Assembly: GCA_963827655.1 (NCBI GenBank)
Contig: CAWHCF010000023.1
Location: forward strand, 64,001-128,000
DNA length: 64,000 nt
Direction: 5' to 3'
DNA from: an uncultured Acidobacteriota bacterium
Lineage (GTDB): Bacteria > Acidobacteriota > UBA6911
Shown here: in pieces, positions 40,028-49,620 of the stretch
How positions within the stretch are numbered: the stretch's first letter is position 1
Layout of the letters: each line of letters starts with the position of its first letter
Translations under genes and position numbers: made by a program
Notes under the pieces: model-generated
What the model was told of the DNA's origin: nothing
Seen by the model: the letters and a program-made list of their open reading frames with translations, nothing else
Database searches by the model: none

Positions 40028-42421
40028 ATGATGTTTCTTCTTCGCCGCCTCCTCCTGATTCTCCTCACGGTGTCGATCACGCCACTGCTCGCGCTGCTGG
40101 CTGTGGTGCTGCTCTACTTGAATCTGATTCACCTCCTGACTCGCTTCACCCGCAAGCGCGTGCCGCACGAAGCTCGCCCAACGTCCGGCCACGCCTCGAT
40201 CGTGATCCTCAACTGGAACGGCAAGGAACTTTTGGCGCAAGGCATCCCCTCGGTCCTCGAAGCCGTGCAGGAGGACGGTCTGGATCATGAGATTCTGGTT
40301 GTTGACAACGGGAGCACCGACGGTTCGGTCGAATACCTGAGGAAAGAATTTCCCCAGGTCCGCGTGATTCCGCTGCCTGAGAACCTGGGCTTTGCCGCCG
40401 GTAACAATATCGGCGTGGATCAGGCGCAGCACGATACCGTAGTCCTGCTCAACAACGACATGGTCGTCGACCGGAGATTTCTCAGGCCCTTGCTCGAAGG
40501 GTTTGGTCCCTCGACCTTCGCGGTCTCGAGCCAGATTTATCTGCAGGATGCTTCCGCCCGCCGCGAGGAGACCGGCAAGACCACGGCACACTTTCGCCGC
40601 GGGATGATCGACTTCACGCATTGCGCTCTAGACGGACGAACCCTGGAACGGCGCTATTATCCGGCGCTCTGGGCCGGCGGCGGGTCCTCGGCCTTCAACA
40701 GGGAGAGGTTCCTGGCGCTCGGAGGTTTCCAGGAAATCTACTCGCCCGCCTATGTTGAAGATACCGACCTCTCGTACCAGGCGTGGAAGTTCGGGTGGGA
40801 AGTCCTCTTTGCTCCGGAATCGATCGTGTATCACAAACACCGCGCATCGAGCAGCCGCCGCTTCTCTCCGGATCAGCTTCAGGCTCTGATCCAGCGCAAT
40901 CAGTTTCTTTTCATCTGGAAGAATATCCGTGACTGGCGTCTCCTGCTCCTTCACTGCCTCCTGCTCCCATGGACCTGTTACCGCCTGGCCCGGGATCATG
41001 GTCTCAGGATCTGGAAAGCCGTCCTGCACGCTGCCGGCAGGTTCCCCTCGGTCGCAATAAGCAAACTCTCGGCATCCTTTCGAGCCGTGCGATCCGACGC
41101 CGAGATTTTTCGAATGTTTGAGAATCCAGCTCTCTATTTTGCCGGGCTGCGCGCCCTGCCCAAGTCCGGATACACTTCCGGGCGTGTTTCCATGCAAGCC
41201 GCGCGCCCGCATCTTCTCTGGGTCACCGCCTACCTGCCGCACATCGGACGTCATGCAGGCGCAGGCCGCATGTACCAGCTCCTGCGGCGTCTATCATGTC
41301 ACTACAGGATTACGCTGCTCACTTTTCTGGAGAGTGAAAGCGAGCAGGAGTTCTTGCCTGAGGTCGAGCCTTTTTGCCGGCGCGTCGTAGCCATTCGCCG
41401 CAGAGTTCCCGGGCGCTGGCAGTTATTTGCCTACGAACCTTTCGAGGAGTTTCGGACGCCGGAGATGGAGCAGGCGCTCAAGGAATGCCTGGAAGATCTG
41501 GATTTCGACCTCATCCAGTTGGAGTATTCCCAGATGGCCTGCTACGCTTCCAAAGACCTGGGCATCCCGACTCTGCTTACCAAGCATGAGGTTGACTTTG
41601 CCGCATGCTTGCGGCGCGTGCGAATCGAAACCCGTCCCTGGGCCAAGATTCGCTGGTTCTACAATTACCTCCAGGTTGTCGACCGGGAAACCCGCCTTAC
41701 CCGGCGCGCCGACGGCGTGATTTGCATGACCGAACCCGATGCTCGAGAACTGAAGAAGTTCTGTTCTTCGGTTCCAATTCATGTGATCAATACGGGCGTG
41801 GATCTCGATTACTTCCAGCCGCCGGCGCGAGAGCCGGACGACCCCAGGCTGGTTTTTGTGGGAGCGTTCCAGCACCTGCCCAACGTCGACGCCATGATTT
41901 ACTTCTGCCGTGAGATCTTTCCTCTCATTCGCGCCCACGTTCCGGACACGAAATTGGTCATAGTGGGGAGCAACCCGCCGCCCTCGGTGCTCGATCTGGG
42001 TGAGATACCGGGCATCCAGGTCACCGGATTTGTGCCTGATATACGGCCAGCCATGGCGGCCAGCGCCGTCTATATAGTTCCTTTACGGCTTGGGGTAGGA
42101 ATTCGCGGCAAGATTCTGGAAGCGTGGAGCATGGCGCGGGCTGTGGTCGCCACCTCGATCGCGTGCGCCGGCTTGCGTTATGAAGCAGGAAAGAACTTGC
42201 TGGTTGCGGATGATGCCGCACTCTTCGCCAGGCATGTGGTATCCCTGCTCAGAGATCCCGTCCGGAGAGCAAGTCTCGGCAATGAGGGGCGCAAGACGGC
42301 TGAACGGCATTACGGGTGGGAAACGGCCGCGCACGAGCTCGATTCACTGTATCAACACTACCTGGGAACGCTTCAGAAAGAATCGCTTCTCTCCGTGGCC
42401 GGGGAAAGGAGCCGCGCATGA
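40028..42421 (+). CDS. Bifunctional GT2 + GT4 glycosyltransferase
   Basis: VVDNGSTDGS, LLNND, YVEDTDL; FVGAFQHLPN, GIRGKILEAW. Confidence 0.9.
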   Translation: MMFLLRRLLLILLTVSITPLLALLAVVLLYLNLIHLLTRFTRKRVPHEARPTSGHASIVILNWNGKELLAQGIPSVLEAVQEDGLDHEILVVDNGSTDGSVEYLRKEFPQVRVIPLPENLGFAAGNNIGVDQAQHDTVVLLNNDMVVDRRFLRPLLEGFGPSTFAVSSQIYLQDASARREETGKTTAHFRRGMIDFTHCALDGRTLERRYYPALWAGGGSSAFNRERFLALGGFQEIYSPAYVEDTDLSYQAWKFGWEVLFAPESIVYHKHRASSSRRFSPDQLQALIQRNQFLFIWKNIRDWRLLLLHCLLLPWTCYRLARDHGLRIWKAVLHAAGRFPSVAISKLSASFRAVRSDAEIFRMFENPALYFAGLRALPKSGYTSGRVSMQAARPHLLWVTAYLPHIGRHAGAGRMYQLLRRLSCHYRITLLTFLESESEQEFLPEVEPFCRRVVAIRRRVPGRWQLFAYEPFEEFRTPEMEQALKECLEDLDFDLIQLEYSQMACYASKDLGIPTLLTKHEVDFAACLRRVRIETRPWAKIRWFYNYLQVVDRETRLTRRADGVICMTEPDARELKKFCSSVPIHVINTGVDLDYFQPPAREPDDPRLVFVGAFQHLPNVDAMIYFCREIFPLIRAHVPDTKLVIVGSNPPPSVLDLGEIPGIQVTGFVPDIRPAMAASAVYIVPLRLGVGIRGKILEAWSMARAVVATSIACAGLRYEAGKNLLVADDAALFARHVVSLLRDPVRRASLGNEGRKTAERHYGWETAAHELDSLYQHYLGTLQKESLLSVAGERSRA

Positions 42422-43419
42422 CGCGCGTTCTGCTGGTGGAAACCGCGTCTCCGAAGCGGGTCCGGGCGACTGCCGAAGCGATCCTGGCGGGAAATACCTA
42501 CTCGGACCCTCAGATCACGATTCTCTGCAGTTCCGATCCGAGGACGATTGAATATTTTCAGGAAATACCGGGCATTCAGGTGACCACCCTGAAAACAAGA
42601 GAAGGTGGGCGTGCCCGGGACGAGCTGGGTGAGCAGAAGTTTGATGTCATGCGCATCTTCTGGACCGGAGAAAAGAAATACCGCCGCCTAAAAATACGCG
42701 CCCTCACGATCCCTGCGGCTCACATCGATGTCGATAGCGGTGACGGCAGTGTCTTTCGCCTCACCTGGAGAGCCTTGCTCCGCTTCTGGTTGTTTCGTCT
42801 GCAGCATCCGCTGCCATCCGACCACTACACCTTCGTACCGCCGCGCGCCGAGGTCGAGCAAGAAGTCTATTACCAGGGCGAAAAGATCCTGATCGTCGAG
42901 TCTGCCGAACCTCCGTACATACTCAGGGCCCTCGAGCATCTGAGCGAGCGGCACCTTTTTCGAAATCCACGGTACACTCTCTTTTGCCGCAACCGGCCCG
43001 ACGTTGTGGGCAGGCTGCAGACTCACCCGATGATATCCGAGGTCCGCACGCACACGGAGACCCAGGGAAGCTGGGAACACCTGAAGCATCTAAGGAAAGA
43101 GCGATTCGACGGCGTGGTCGTCTTTTTCACTGGCGATCCGAGCTACTGGAAGATAAAGTATTTTGTCTTTCTGCTCGGAGCACGCCACAAGGTAATCTTC
43201 AACGAGAACAACGATTGTTTCTTCTTCGCTTGGAGTGAGTGGCTGGCTTTGCTCGCCCACAGGCTGGGCGAAAGATCGCGCCATGGATCGGGTCCGCGCT
43301 GGCTCTACCAGGCGCGCCTTATGCTCTTTCTTTCGATCAAGTGCCTGCTGTTTCCGTTCCGCTTCGTTTGGCTCCTGCTGGTGTGGGTCAGGCTAAGAAG
43401 ATTGACGATTTACGATTGA
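42418..43419 (+). CDS. Hypothetical protein with a tandemly duplicated GT9-N-like domain and hydrophobic C-terminus
   Basis: Two similar ~130-aa halves; ATGA overlap with the upstream gene. Confidence 0.75.
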   Translation: MTRVLLVETASPKRVRATAEAILAGNTYSDPQITILCSSDPRTIEYFQEIPGIQVTTLKTREGGRARDELGEQKFDVMRIFWTGEKKYRRLKIRALTIPAAHIDVDSGDGSVFRLTWRALLRFWLFRLQHPLPSDHYTFVPPRAEVEQEVYYQGEKILIVESAEPPYILRALEHLSERHLFRNPRYTLFCRNRPDVVGRLQTHPMISEVRTHTETQGSWEHLKHLRKERFDGVVVFFTGDPSYWKIKYFVFLLGARHKVIFNENNDCFFFAWSEWLALLAHRLGERSRHGSGPRWLYQARLMLFLSIKCLLFPFRFVWLLLVWVRLRRLTIYD

Positions 43420-43556
43420 CGATTGACGATTGAAAATGAACATTGGGAGATGGCAGGACAGATGCTGGCATTCAATGAAGGCGCGCAAACCATGACGCGC
43501 GATTTCAATCGTCAATCGTCACAATCGTACAATCGTCAATCGTAAATCGTAAATCG
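43400..43556. repeat. Palindromic heptamer element 3
   Basis: (GATTGAC)n 43400-43432, ~73-nt spacer, (CAATCGT)n 43506-43556. Confidence 0.92.
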
Positions 43557-43558
43557 AT

Positions 43559-44695
43559 ATGTTTGTCCACTACGACTGCCGATATTTTCTTGGATACAAA
43601 CCTTGCATCTTCCGCAGGGAGTGCGACGGGTGTCCGCACTATGCTCCTTTTGGGACCAGGATCCTGATCATCAAGCTCGCGGCCATGGGAGATGTAATTC
43701 GCACTACTCCCTTGTTGCGCGGTTTGAGGAAGACCCACCCCGATAGCCATATCACCTGGCTCACCGAAGCCAACGTCTTGCCGGTGCTCCAGGGAATTGC
43801 TGAAATTGACCGGCTGCTCCCGTATACGTTCGAGAATGTTCTCCAACTGGAAAACGAGACCTTCGACCAGCTTTATTGCTTCGACAAGGAGCCCAAAGCG
43901 ACCGGGCTGGCCATGAAAATTCAAGCCGGACGCAAAATCGGCTTCGGCCTGAGCCGGTGGGGTAATGTCATGCCCCTCAACAAGGAATCGGAATACACTT
44001 TCCATCTAGGGATCAACGACCCGCTCAAATTTCGCCTCAACACCAAGACCTACCCTGAGCTTATCTTTGAATGCGCGGGCTTGGAATACGACTCCTTGCA
44101 GGAATACATTCTCCCCGATTTCTCCGCGGAAGCCGCGGCGGCCTGCGACTATTTGCGCGGCCAGGGTGTCCGGCCCCAGGATTTCACAATCGGGCTCAAT
44201 ACGGGAGCCGGCGATGTCTTCGCCACCAAGAAATGGACTGAAGAAGGCTATGCGCAGCTGGCCGATCGGCTGGTTGAGGAGCTCGGCGCCAGGGTGCTTC
44301 TCTTGGGCGGGCCGGGCGAGGTGGAACGCAACGCGCGGATTATGCAGGCTGCCCGCCACCCTCTGGTTGCTACCGGAACCGACAATCCCATCCGGACCTT
44401 CGCGGGAATCGTGGGTAATTGTGACCTGATGGTGACGGGAGACACCCTCGCCCTGCACATCGCCATAGGGCTCAAAGTGCCGGTCGTGGTCATCCTGGGA
44501 CCCACATGCCACCAGGAGATCGAGCTGTATGGACGCGGGGCCAAGATTGTTTCCGATTTTGAGTGCAGTCCCTGCTACCTCAGTGTCTGTCCCAAGGAAA
44601 TCACCTGCATGGAAGCGACCCCCGCCGACCTGGTTTTCGATACGGTGAAATCCGTCGCGCGTTCAGCCAAGCTGGCGCAGATTCCCGGAGCCTAG
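43559..44695 (+). CDS. GT9 heptosyltransferase-like protein with Cys-rich N-terminus
   Basis: ILIIKLAAMGDVIRT, KKW, GDTLALHIA, CSPCY. Confidence 0.9.
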   Translation: MFVHYDCRYFLGYKPCIFRRECDGCPHYAPFGTRILIIKLAAMGDVIRTTPLLRGLRKTHPDSHITWLTEANVLPVLQGIAEIDRLLPYTFENVLQLENETFDQLYCFDKEPKATGLAMKIQAGRKIGFGLSRWGNVMPLNKESEYTFHLGINDPLKFRLNTKTYPELIFECAGLEYDSLQEYILPDFSAEAAAACDYLRGQGVRPQDFTIGLNTGAGDVFATKKWTEEGYAQLADRLVEELGARVLLLGGPGEVERNARIMQAARHPLVATGTDNPIRTFAGIVGNCDLMVTGDTLALHIAIGLKVPVVVILGPTCHQEIELYGRGAKIVSDFECSPCYLSVCPKEITCMEATPADLVFDTVKSVARSAKLAQIPGA

Positions 44696-44802
44696 AAAGT
44701 CCCTCCCGGCATCTGAGCGCGGAGTCAGTGACGCCGCGAGGCCCGACGACCTCTTGATGTGTCCACATGAGTCCATAATGTAGCTACAAAGGAGAAGGCC
44801 CC

Positions 44803-45072
44803 ATGACCTCGGTTGGTATCAGAGAATTAAAGAATCATCTTAGCGCATTTCTGAATCGAGTGCGGTCCGGAGAGCGACTCGAAGTTACCGACCGTGGCCG
44901 CGCGATAGCCATCATCTCACCACCGGCAAAGACGGAAGCCGACCAGAGGATCCAGGCTATGCTCGTGGACGGTGTCGTTCGATGGCAAGGCGGTAAGCCC
45001 AAAGGCACGAAACGTCCACCGAGGATCAAGGGGGAATCGGTGGCTCAGGCCGTGATTGAGGGAAGGCGTTGA
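44803..45072 (+). CDS. Phd/YefM-family antitoxin
   Basis: VGIRELKNHLSAFLNRV..GE..VTDRG; upstream TGTAGCTACA palindrome and AAGGAG SD. Confidence 0.9.
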   Translation: MTSVGIRELKNHLSAFLNRVRSGERLEVTDRGRAIAIISPPAKTEADQRIQAMLVDGVVRWQGGKPKGTKRPPRIKGESVAQAVIEGRR

Positions 45073-45250
45073 TGCTCTACCTGGACACGAGTGTGCTGGT
45101 AAAGATCTGTAGTGGAATTGCTTTTGTAGCGTCTGGGCTGCCTTTGCTCGCCGACGCCGAAAATCGCCGGCGGATCGCGACAGTCCGGGCTTAGTAGTCG
45201 ATAGCGATTGGGAACACTCTACCTGTGGGATCACGGACTCGTCTAATCCG
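45072..45250 (+). pseudogene. Decayed VapC/PIN toxin
   Basis: TGATG coupling; MLYLDTSVLVKI start then AAFARRRR-like pieces out of frame; most of the domain missing. Confidence 0.7.
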
Positions 45251-45322
45251 TGCGGATGGTTTTGCTTTCTGCTAGCGTCTTAGCGGTGGGCGCGCACAAA
45301 GAAGTGAACCTAACAATCTTTT

Positions 45323-46006
45323 TCAGTCGACGAAGCGGTACTTCAAGATGAAGTAGATCGCCGCAACTCCATCCTTCCACCCGATCTTCTTCCCTTCGAA
45401 ATAATCACGCCCACTGTAGGAGATCGGGACTTCATAGACGCGGCAACGGGCCTTCGCGATCTTGGCCGTGAATTCTGGTTCAAACCCGAAGCGGTCTTCC
45501 CGAAGCTTGATCTCTTTCAGAACACTGGCACGGAATACTTTGTAGCAGGTCTCCATGTCGGTCAGGTTCAAGTCCGTCATCATGTTCGACAGCGTCGTGA
45601 GCATCTTGTTGCCCAGGTAATGCCAAAAGAGAAGGACACGGTGCGGACCACTCAAAAAACGGGATCCATACACAACATCGGCCTTGTTGGCCAGGATCGG
45701 CTGGACCAGAACGGGATACTCCGCCGGATCGTACTCGAGATCGGCATCCTGGATGACAACGATGTCTCCCGTTACTGATTCGAAGCCGGCCCGCAGCGCG
45801 GCTCCTTTCCCCATATTGCGCGCTTGAAGAACGACCTTCAGGTCGTCGGCGGAACCAAGCTCCTGAAGGATTTCGCGGGTGCCATCCGTCGAAAAGTCGT
45901 CCACAATGATGATCTCTTTGGGAAGGTTTACCGCGCGGACACGTTCTAGAATTTCGCGAACAGTAGCCTTTTCGTTGTAAACCGGAATCACGACGGATAG
46001 TTTCAC
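45323..46006 (-). CDS. GT2 polyprenol-phosphate glycosyltransferase (DPM1-like)
   Basis: [29 protein letters not shown]. Confidence 0.93.
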   Translation of the reverse strand: MKLSVVIPVYNEKATVREILERVRAVNLPKEIIIVDDFSTDGTREILQELGSADDLKVVLQARNMGKGAALRAGFESVTGDIVVIQDADLEYDPAEYPVLVQPILANKADVVYGSRFLSGPHRVLLFWHYLGNKMLTTLSNMMTDLNLTDMETCYKVFRASVLKEIKLREDRFGFEPEFTAKIAKARCRVYEVPISYSGRDYFEGKKIGWKDGVAAIYFILKYRFVD

Positions 46007-46061
46007 GGGTCGGTTACACTCGGCTGTTCAATTCGAGCAGGTGGCTTCGTGACCCTTCGGC

Positions 46062-46964
46062 TTATTCCTGGGATCGCCCCAAGGCGGCGCGCTCCGCATT
46101 CACGGCGGCGCCTATAATCCCGATTTCGTCGCTGGTCGAGACGATTTCGAAAAGGCTTCCCTGCAAGGGACTCATTTTGACCATTTCTCCAAGGTAGATA
46201 TTGAGCCATCCGAGGTCGACATAACAGGCATTCGGCCCCGAGATGAAGAACTTGCCGGGGCCCTCCAGATGGATGCTGGTGGCGGTGGCCGCTGCCAGGG
46301 CGCGATGCCAGAACTTCAGGAACGTCACGCAGCGGCCATCTCCCCTTCTGGCATTCTCAAACACTTCTTCCGGTTCGAGATCCAGAAAACGAAGCCGGAT
46401 CCCGCGGTGTCCCATAATCCCCTCGAGGTGCCCCACACCACCACAAGCACAGAAGTTCTCCTTGGGATCGAGCGTCACGACGGTATGTCCTCCCTCCCAG
46501 ACGCCCTCTACCGCCGGGTAGCGTCCATAGCCGATCCCTTCGCCCAAGGTCCAAACCCTGATCATCCTGTGGAGCTGTCCTTGGGTGGCTGCAATGCCGG
46601 CGGCCATGACATCGGCGTCGTTAAAAACCAGCACTGGAACAGCATCCCGGTCACGCCGCAGCCCGGACGCGAGCGCCGCCTGCAGATTGAACCCTTTGAC
46701 CTGCTGAAGGTTCGGGGATTCCTCTATGACACCTTCGCGGGTGATCCCCGGAAACCCGACCCCGACAGCACGGATCTTTTTTCCTTTGATTACCTCCTCG
46801 ATCTGGCGCCGGATACCCTCGCTGATAGTCTCGGCCGGGAGTCCCTGCAGGGATCTCACCTCCGGTCCCGATCCCGGATAGATGCGAGGAGCGCCGACCA
46901 GCTGGTTGTTTTCGACCAGCCCGACGGCAACATGTTCCGCTGCCAGTACTCCGACCGTTGCCAT
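46062..46964 (-). CDS. ROK family protein
   Basis: VGVGFPG, NDAD, TLGEGIG, EGGH, CACGGVGHLE. Confidence 0.85.
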   Translation of the reverse strand: MATVGVLAAEHVAVGLVENNQLVGAPRIYPGSGPEVRSLQGLPAETISEGIRRQIEEVIKGKKIRAVGVGFPGITREGVIEESPNLQQVKGFNLQAALASGLRRDRDAVPVLVFNDADVMAAGIAATQGQLHRMIRVWTLGEGIGYGRYPAVEGVWEGGHTVVTLDPKENFCACGGVGHLEGIMGHRGIRLRFLDLEPEEVFENARRGDGRCVTFLKFWHRALAAATATSIHLEGPGKFFISGPNACYVDLGWLNIYLGEMVKMSPLQGSLFEIVSTSDEIGIIGAAVNAERAALGRSQE

Positions 46965-47013
46965 ATTCTCTACACACTCCACTACGCAAGAGAGAAGAGT
47001 CTTGTGAAGCTCC

Positions 47014-48402
47014 CTAGTATCGAGCCACCTTGTTGAGACCATTGAAAGCGGCGGCCTTGTAACATTCCGCCAGTGTCGGGTAGTTAAATACCGTATTGAC
47101 GAAATACTCGACCGTCCCGCCCAGGATCAAGACTGCCTGGCCGATATGAAGAATCTCCGAGGCGCCTTCCCCGATGATATGCACACCGAGGAGCGCTTTG
47201 GTCTCGCGATGGAAAATCAGCTTGAGGCGCCCGGTCGTATCACCGCGAATCTGCCCGCGCGCTATCTCGCGATAGTAAGCAATACCTACCTCGTAAGGAA
47301 CGTCCTCTTCGGTGAGTTGTTCCTCGGTCTTTCCTATGAAGGAAATCTCGGGGATGGTGTAAATGCCGTAGGGATAGTTCGCTGGATTGGAATGAACCAT
47401 CAGGCCGAGAGCGTTCGCGGCCGCAATCCGTCCCTGTTCCATGGATACGGACGCCAGGCTGGGAAAACCAATCACGTCGCCGGCGGCGAAAACATGGGGC
47501 TGGGACGTATGGTAATCCTTGTCAACGGAGATGCGGCCCCGTGAGTCAGATTCGATTCCAGCAGCCTCGAGATTCAGATCGTCGACATTCCCTTGCCGGC
47601 CTACAGCATAGAGTAACGCATCGGCAGTAATCTTCTTCTTGCTTTCCAGGTTCGCTACTACCAGTCCTTCCGGGGTCTCTTCCACGCTCTGGACTTCCTC
47701 GTTAAGGCGCAACGTGACCCGGCTGTCGCGTAAATGGTAAGAAAGCGCTTCGACGATTTCGGCGTCGGCAAACTCGAGTAATCGCGGCCGTTTCTCAACC
47801 AGGATGACGCGCACTCCCAGGGTGGCAAACATGCAGGTGTATTCCACCCCGACGACTCCGCCCCCCACGACGATGAAGGTCCTGGGTATATTGGGCATCT
47901 GCAGAATCTGGTCGCTGTTGATAATCGTCCGCTGATTGAATGGAACCTTGGGCGAATCCGCGGGCCGGGTCCCGGTGGCGATGACTATGAAAGAAGCTTC
48001 GTAGTCCGACTGTCCGCGCGAATTCTGAACCCGGATATGGTGGGGATCCAGAAAACTGGCGGCCCCCGTCACCACTTCGATTCCATTGCGCGCAAGCTGA
48101 GCCTGGGTCACGTCCGTTTCCGTCTTGATTACATGCTGAACCCTGAAGGCCAGGTCCGCAATCGTGATCTTATCCTTGACGCGATAATTGACACCGTAAA
48201 TGTTTTGATAGTAGTAGCCGGAGAGATGAAGTACCGCCTCACGCATCGTCTTGCTCGGAATAGTGCCCGTGTTGATGCATGCCCCGCCGATTACTTCCCG
48301 CTTCTCAATCAGGGCGACGCGCTTGCCGCACTTCGCGGCCTGGATGCCGGCACGCTGGCCGGCAGGTCCGGAACCGATCACGATGACATCGTAGGTTTGC
48401 AT
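47014..48402 (-). CDS. sthA: Soluble pyridine nucleotide transhydrogenase
   Basis: GSGPAGQ, CINTGTIPSK (CxxxxT), FNYPTLAECYK. Confidence 0.92.
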   Translation of the reverse strand: MQTYDVIVIGSGPAGQRAGIQAAKCGKRVALIEKREVIGGACINTGTIPSKTMREAVLHLSGYYYQNIYGVNYRVKDKITIADLAFRVQHVIKTETDVTQAQLARNGIEVVTGAASFLDPHHIRVQNSRGQSDYEASFIVIATGTRPADSPKVPFNQRTIINSDQILQMPNIPRTFIVVGGGVVGVEYTCMFATLGVRVILVEKRPRLLEFADAEIVEALSYHLRDSRVTLRLNEEVQSVEETPEGLVVANLESKKKITADALLYAVGRQGNVDDLNLEAAGIESDSRGRISVDKDYHTSQPHVFAAGDVIGFPSLASVSMEQGRIAAANALGLMVHSNPANYPYGIYTIPEISFIGKTEEQLTEEDVPYEVGIAYYREIARGQIRGDTTGRLKLIFHRETKALLGVHIIGEGASEILHIGQAVLILGGTVEYFVNTVFNYPTLAECYKAAAFNGLNKVARY

Positions 48403-48489
48403 GTTCGATGAGTCATCACAGCTCGCGGTTTCGCTGCGCCTTCCGGCCCGATCATACTTCACCCCTTTTCCCTTCTCAAGTCAGCCTCT

Positions 48490-48552
48490 CGATTGACGAT
48501 TTACGATTGACGATTAGGTTCAATCGTCAATCGACAATCGTCAATCGTAAAT
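48490..48552. repeat. Palindromic heptamer element 4
   Basis: CGATTGACGATTTACGATTGACGATT-AGGTT-CAATCGTCAATCGACAATCGTCAATCGTAAAT. Confidence 0.92.
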
Positions 48553-48567
48553 TCTATAATCGGTCCG

Positions 48568-49611
48568 ATGGTTTCAATGCGCGCGACCCCTTCGGTCTCG
48601 GTCGTGATCCCCAACTATAACGGCGCTGCCTTTCTGGAAACGTGCCTTGCATCCCTTGCGCGCCAGACCTGCTCGCCGCTCGAGATTTTACTGGTCGACA
48701 ACGCTTCGCAGGATGATTCTCTAGAAATCACCCGGCGCGTGATTCCATCGGCGGTAATTCTGGGACAAAAGCAAAACCTCGGTTTCGCTGCCGCGGTAAA
48801 CGCCGGCATCAGGGCAGCGCGCGGGGAATGGATAGCGGTCCTGAACAACGATACGGAAGTTTCGGATGGCTGGCTGGAGACCGCGGCAGCCGCACTCGAC
48901 CGGCATCCCGAGGCTGCGTTTGTCGCCTGCCGCATCATGGAGTTTGAGGATCGCAATCGTCTTTACAGCGCGGGAGATTGCTTCCTGCGAACAGGCATTG
49001 GATACCGCCGGGGACAGGAGCAGCGCGATGCGCCGATGTATCGAGAGGAGATCGAAATTTTCTCGGCCGGCGGTTGCGCGGCCCTTTACCGGAAGTCGGT
49101 GCTGGACGAGTTACAAGGCTTCGACGGAAAGCTGTTCGCCTACCTGGAAGATGTCGATCTCGGACTGCGACTTCAAGCCGCGGGCTACCGCGGCTACTAT
49201 GCGCCGCAGTCGGCGGTTTTTCATCGAGGTGGCGGAACCAGCGGAGGAGAGATCTCGCCTCTTGCCGTGCGCCTCCGGACGCGCAACTCTATTCTCCTGC
49301 TCATGCAGAGCCTGCCGGCACGAATCTTGTGGCGCTGCCTGCCGATGATTCTCGTGGGGCAAGCTTCATGGCTTGTCCGCGTCGCTAAGTGGGGCCGACT
49401 GGGCAGCTACCTGCGAGGGCTTGCCGGCGTTGTTCCTCTGATACCGGCAGCGATGAAGCACAGGAGCAGGATTCGACCCGCATGGAAGGCTGCCCCGGGA
49501 CGGCTGTGGAAAGCCATCCTCCAGTCCGAAACGCTGGCCCGGAAGGATTTCCCCAGAAATGGGAGCGAGCCAAGGTCGACCTTTCTGACCTGGTATTTTC
49601 GCTGGTTCTGA
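48568..49611 (+). CDS. GT2 glycosyltransferase
   Basis: VIPNYNG, LNND, YLEDVDL. Confidence 0.9.
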   Translation: MVSMRATPSVSVVIPNYNGAAFLETCLASLARQTCSPLEILLVDNASQDDSLEITRRVIPSAVILGQKQNLGFAAAVNAGIRAARGEWIAVLNNDTEVSDGWLETAAAALDRHPEAAFVACRIMEFEDRNRLYSAGDCFLRTGIGYRRGQEQRDAPMYREEIEIFSAGGCAALYRKSVLDELQGFDGKLFAYLEDVDLGLRLQAAGYRGYYAPQSAVFHRGGGTSGGEISPLAVRLRTRNSILLLMQSLPARILWRCLPMILVGQASWLVRVAKWGRLGSYLRGLAGVVPLIPAAMKHRSRIRPAWKAAPGRLWKAILQSETLARKDFPRNGSEPRSTFLTWYFRWF

Positions 49612-49620
49612 ACGCGGTCT

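Noticed and set aside
33976-48552. CRISPR array
   Set aside because: Units are 7-nt tandem repeats kilobases apart, with no regular repeat-spacer period and no cas genes.
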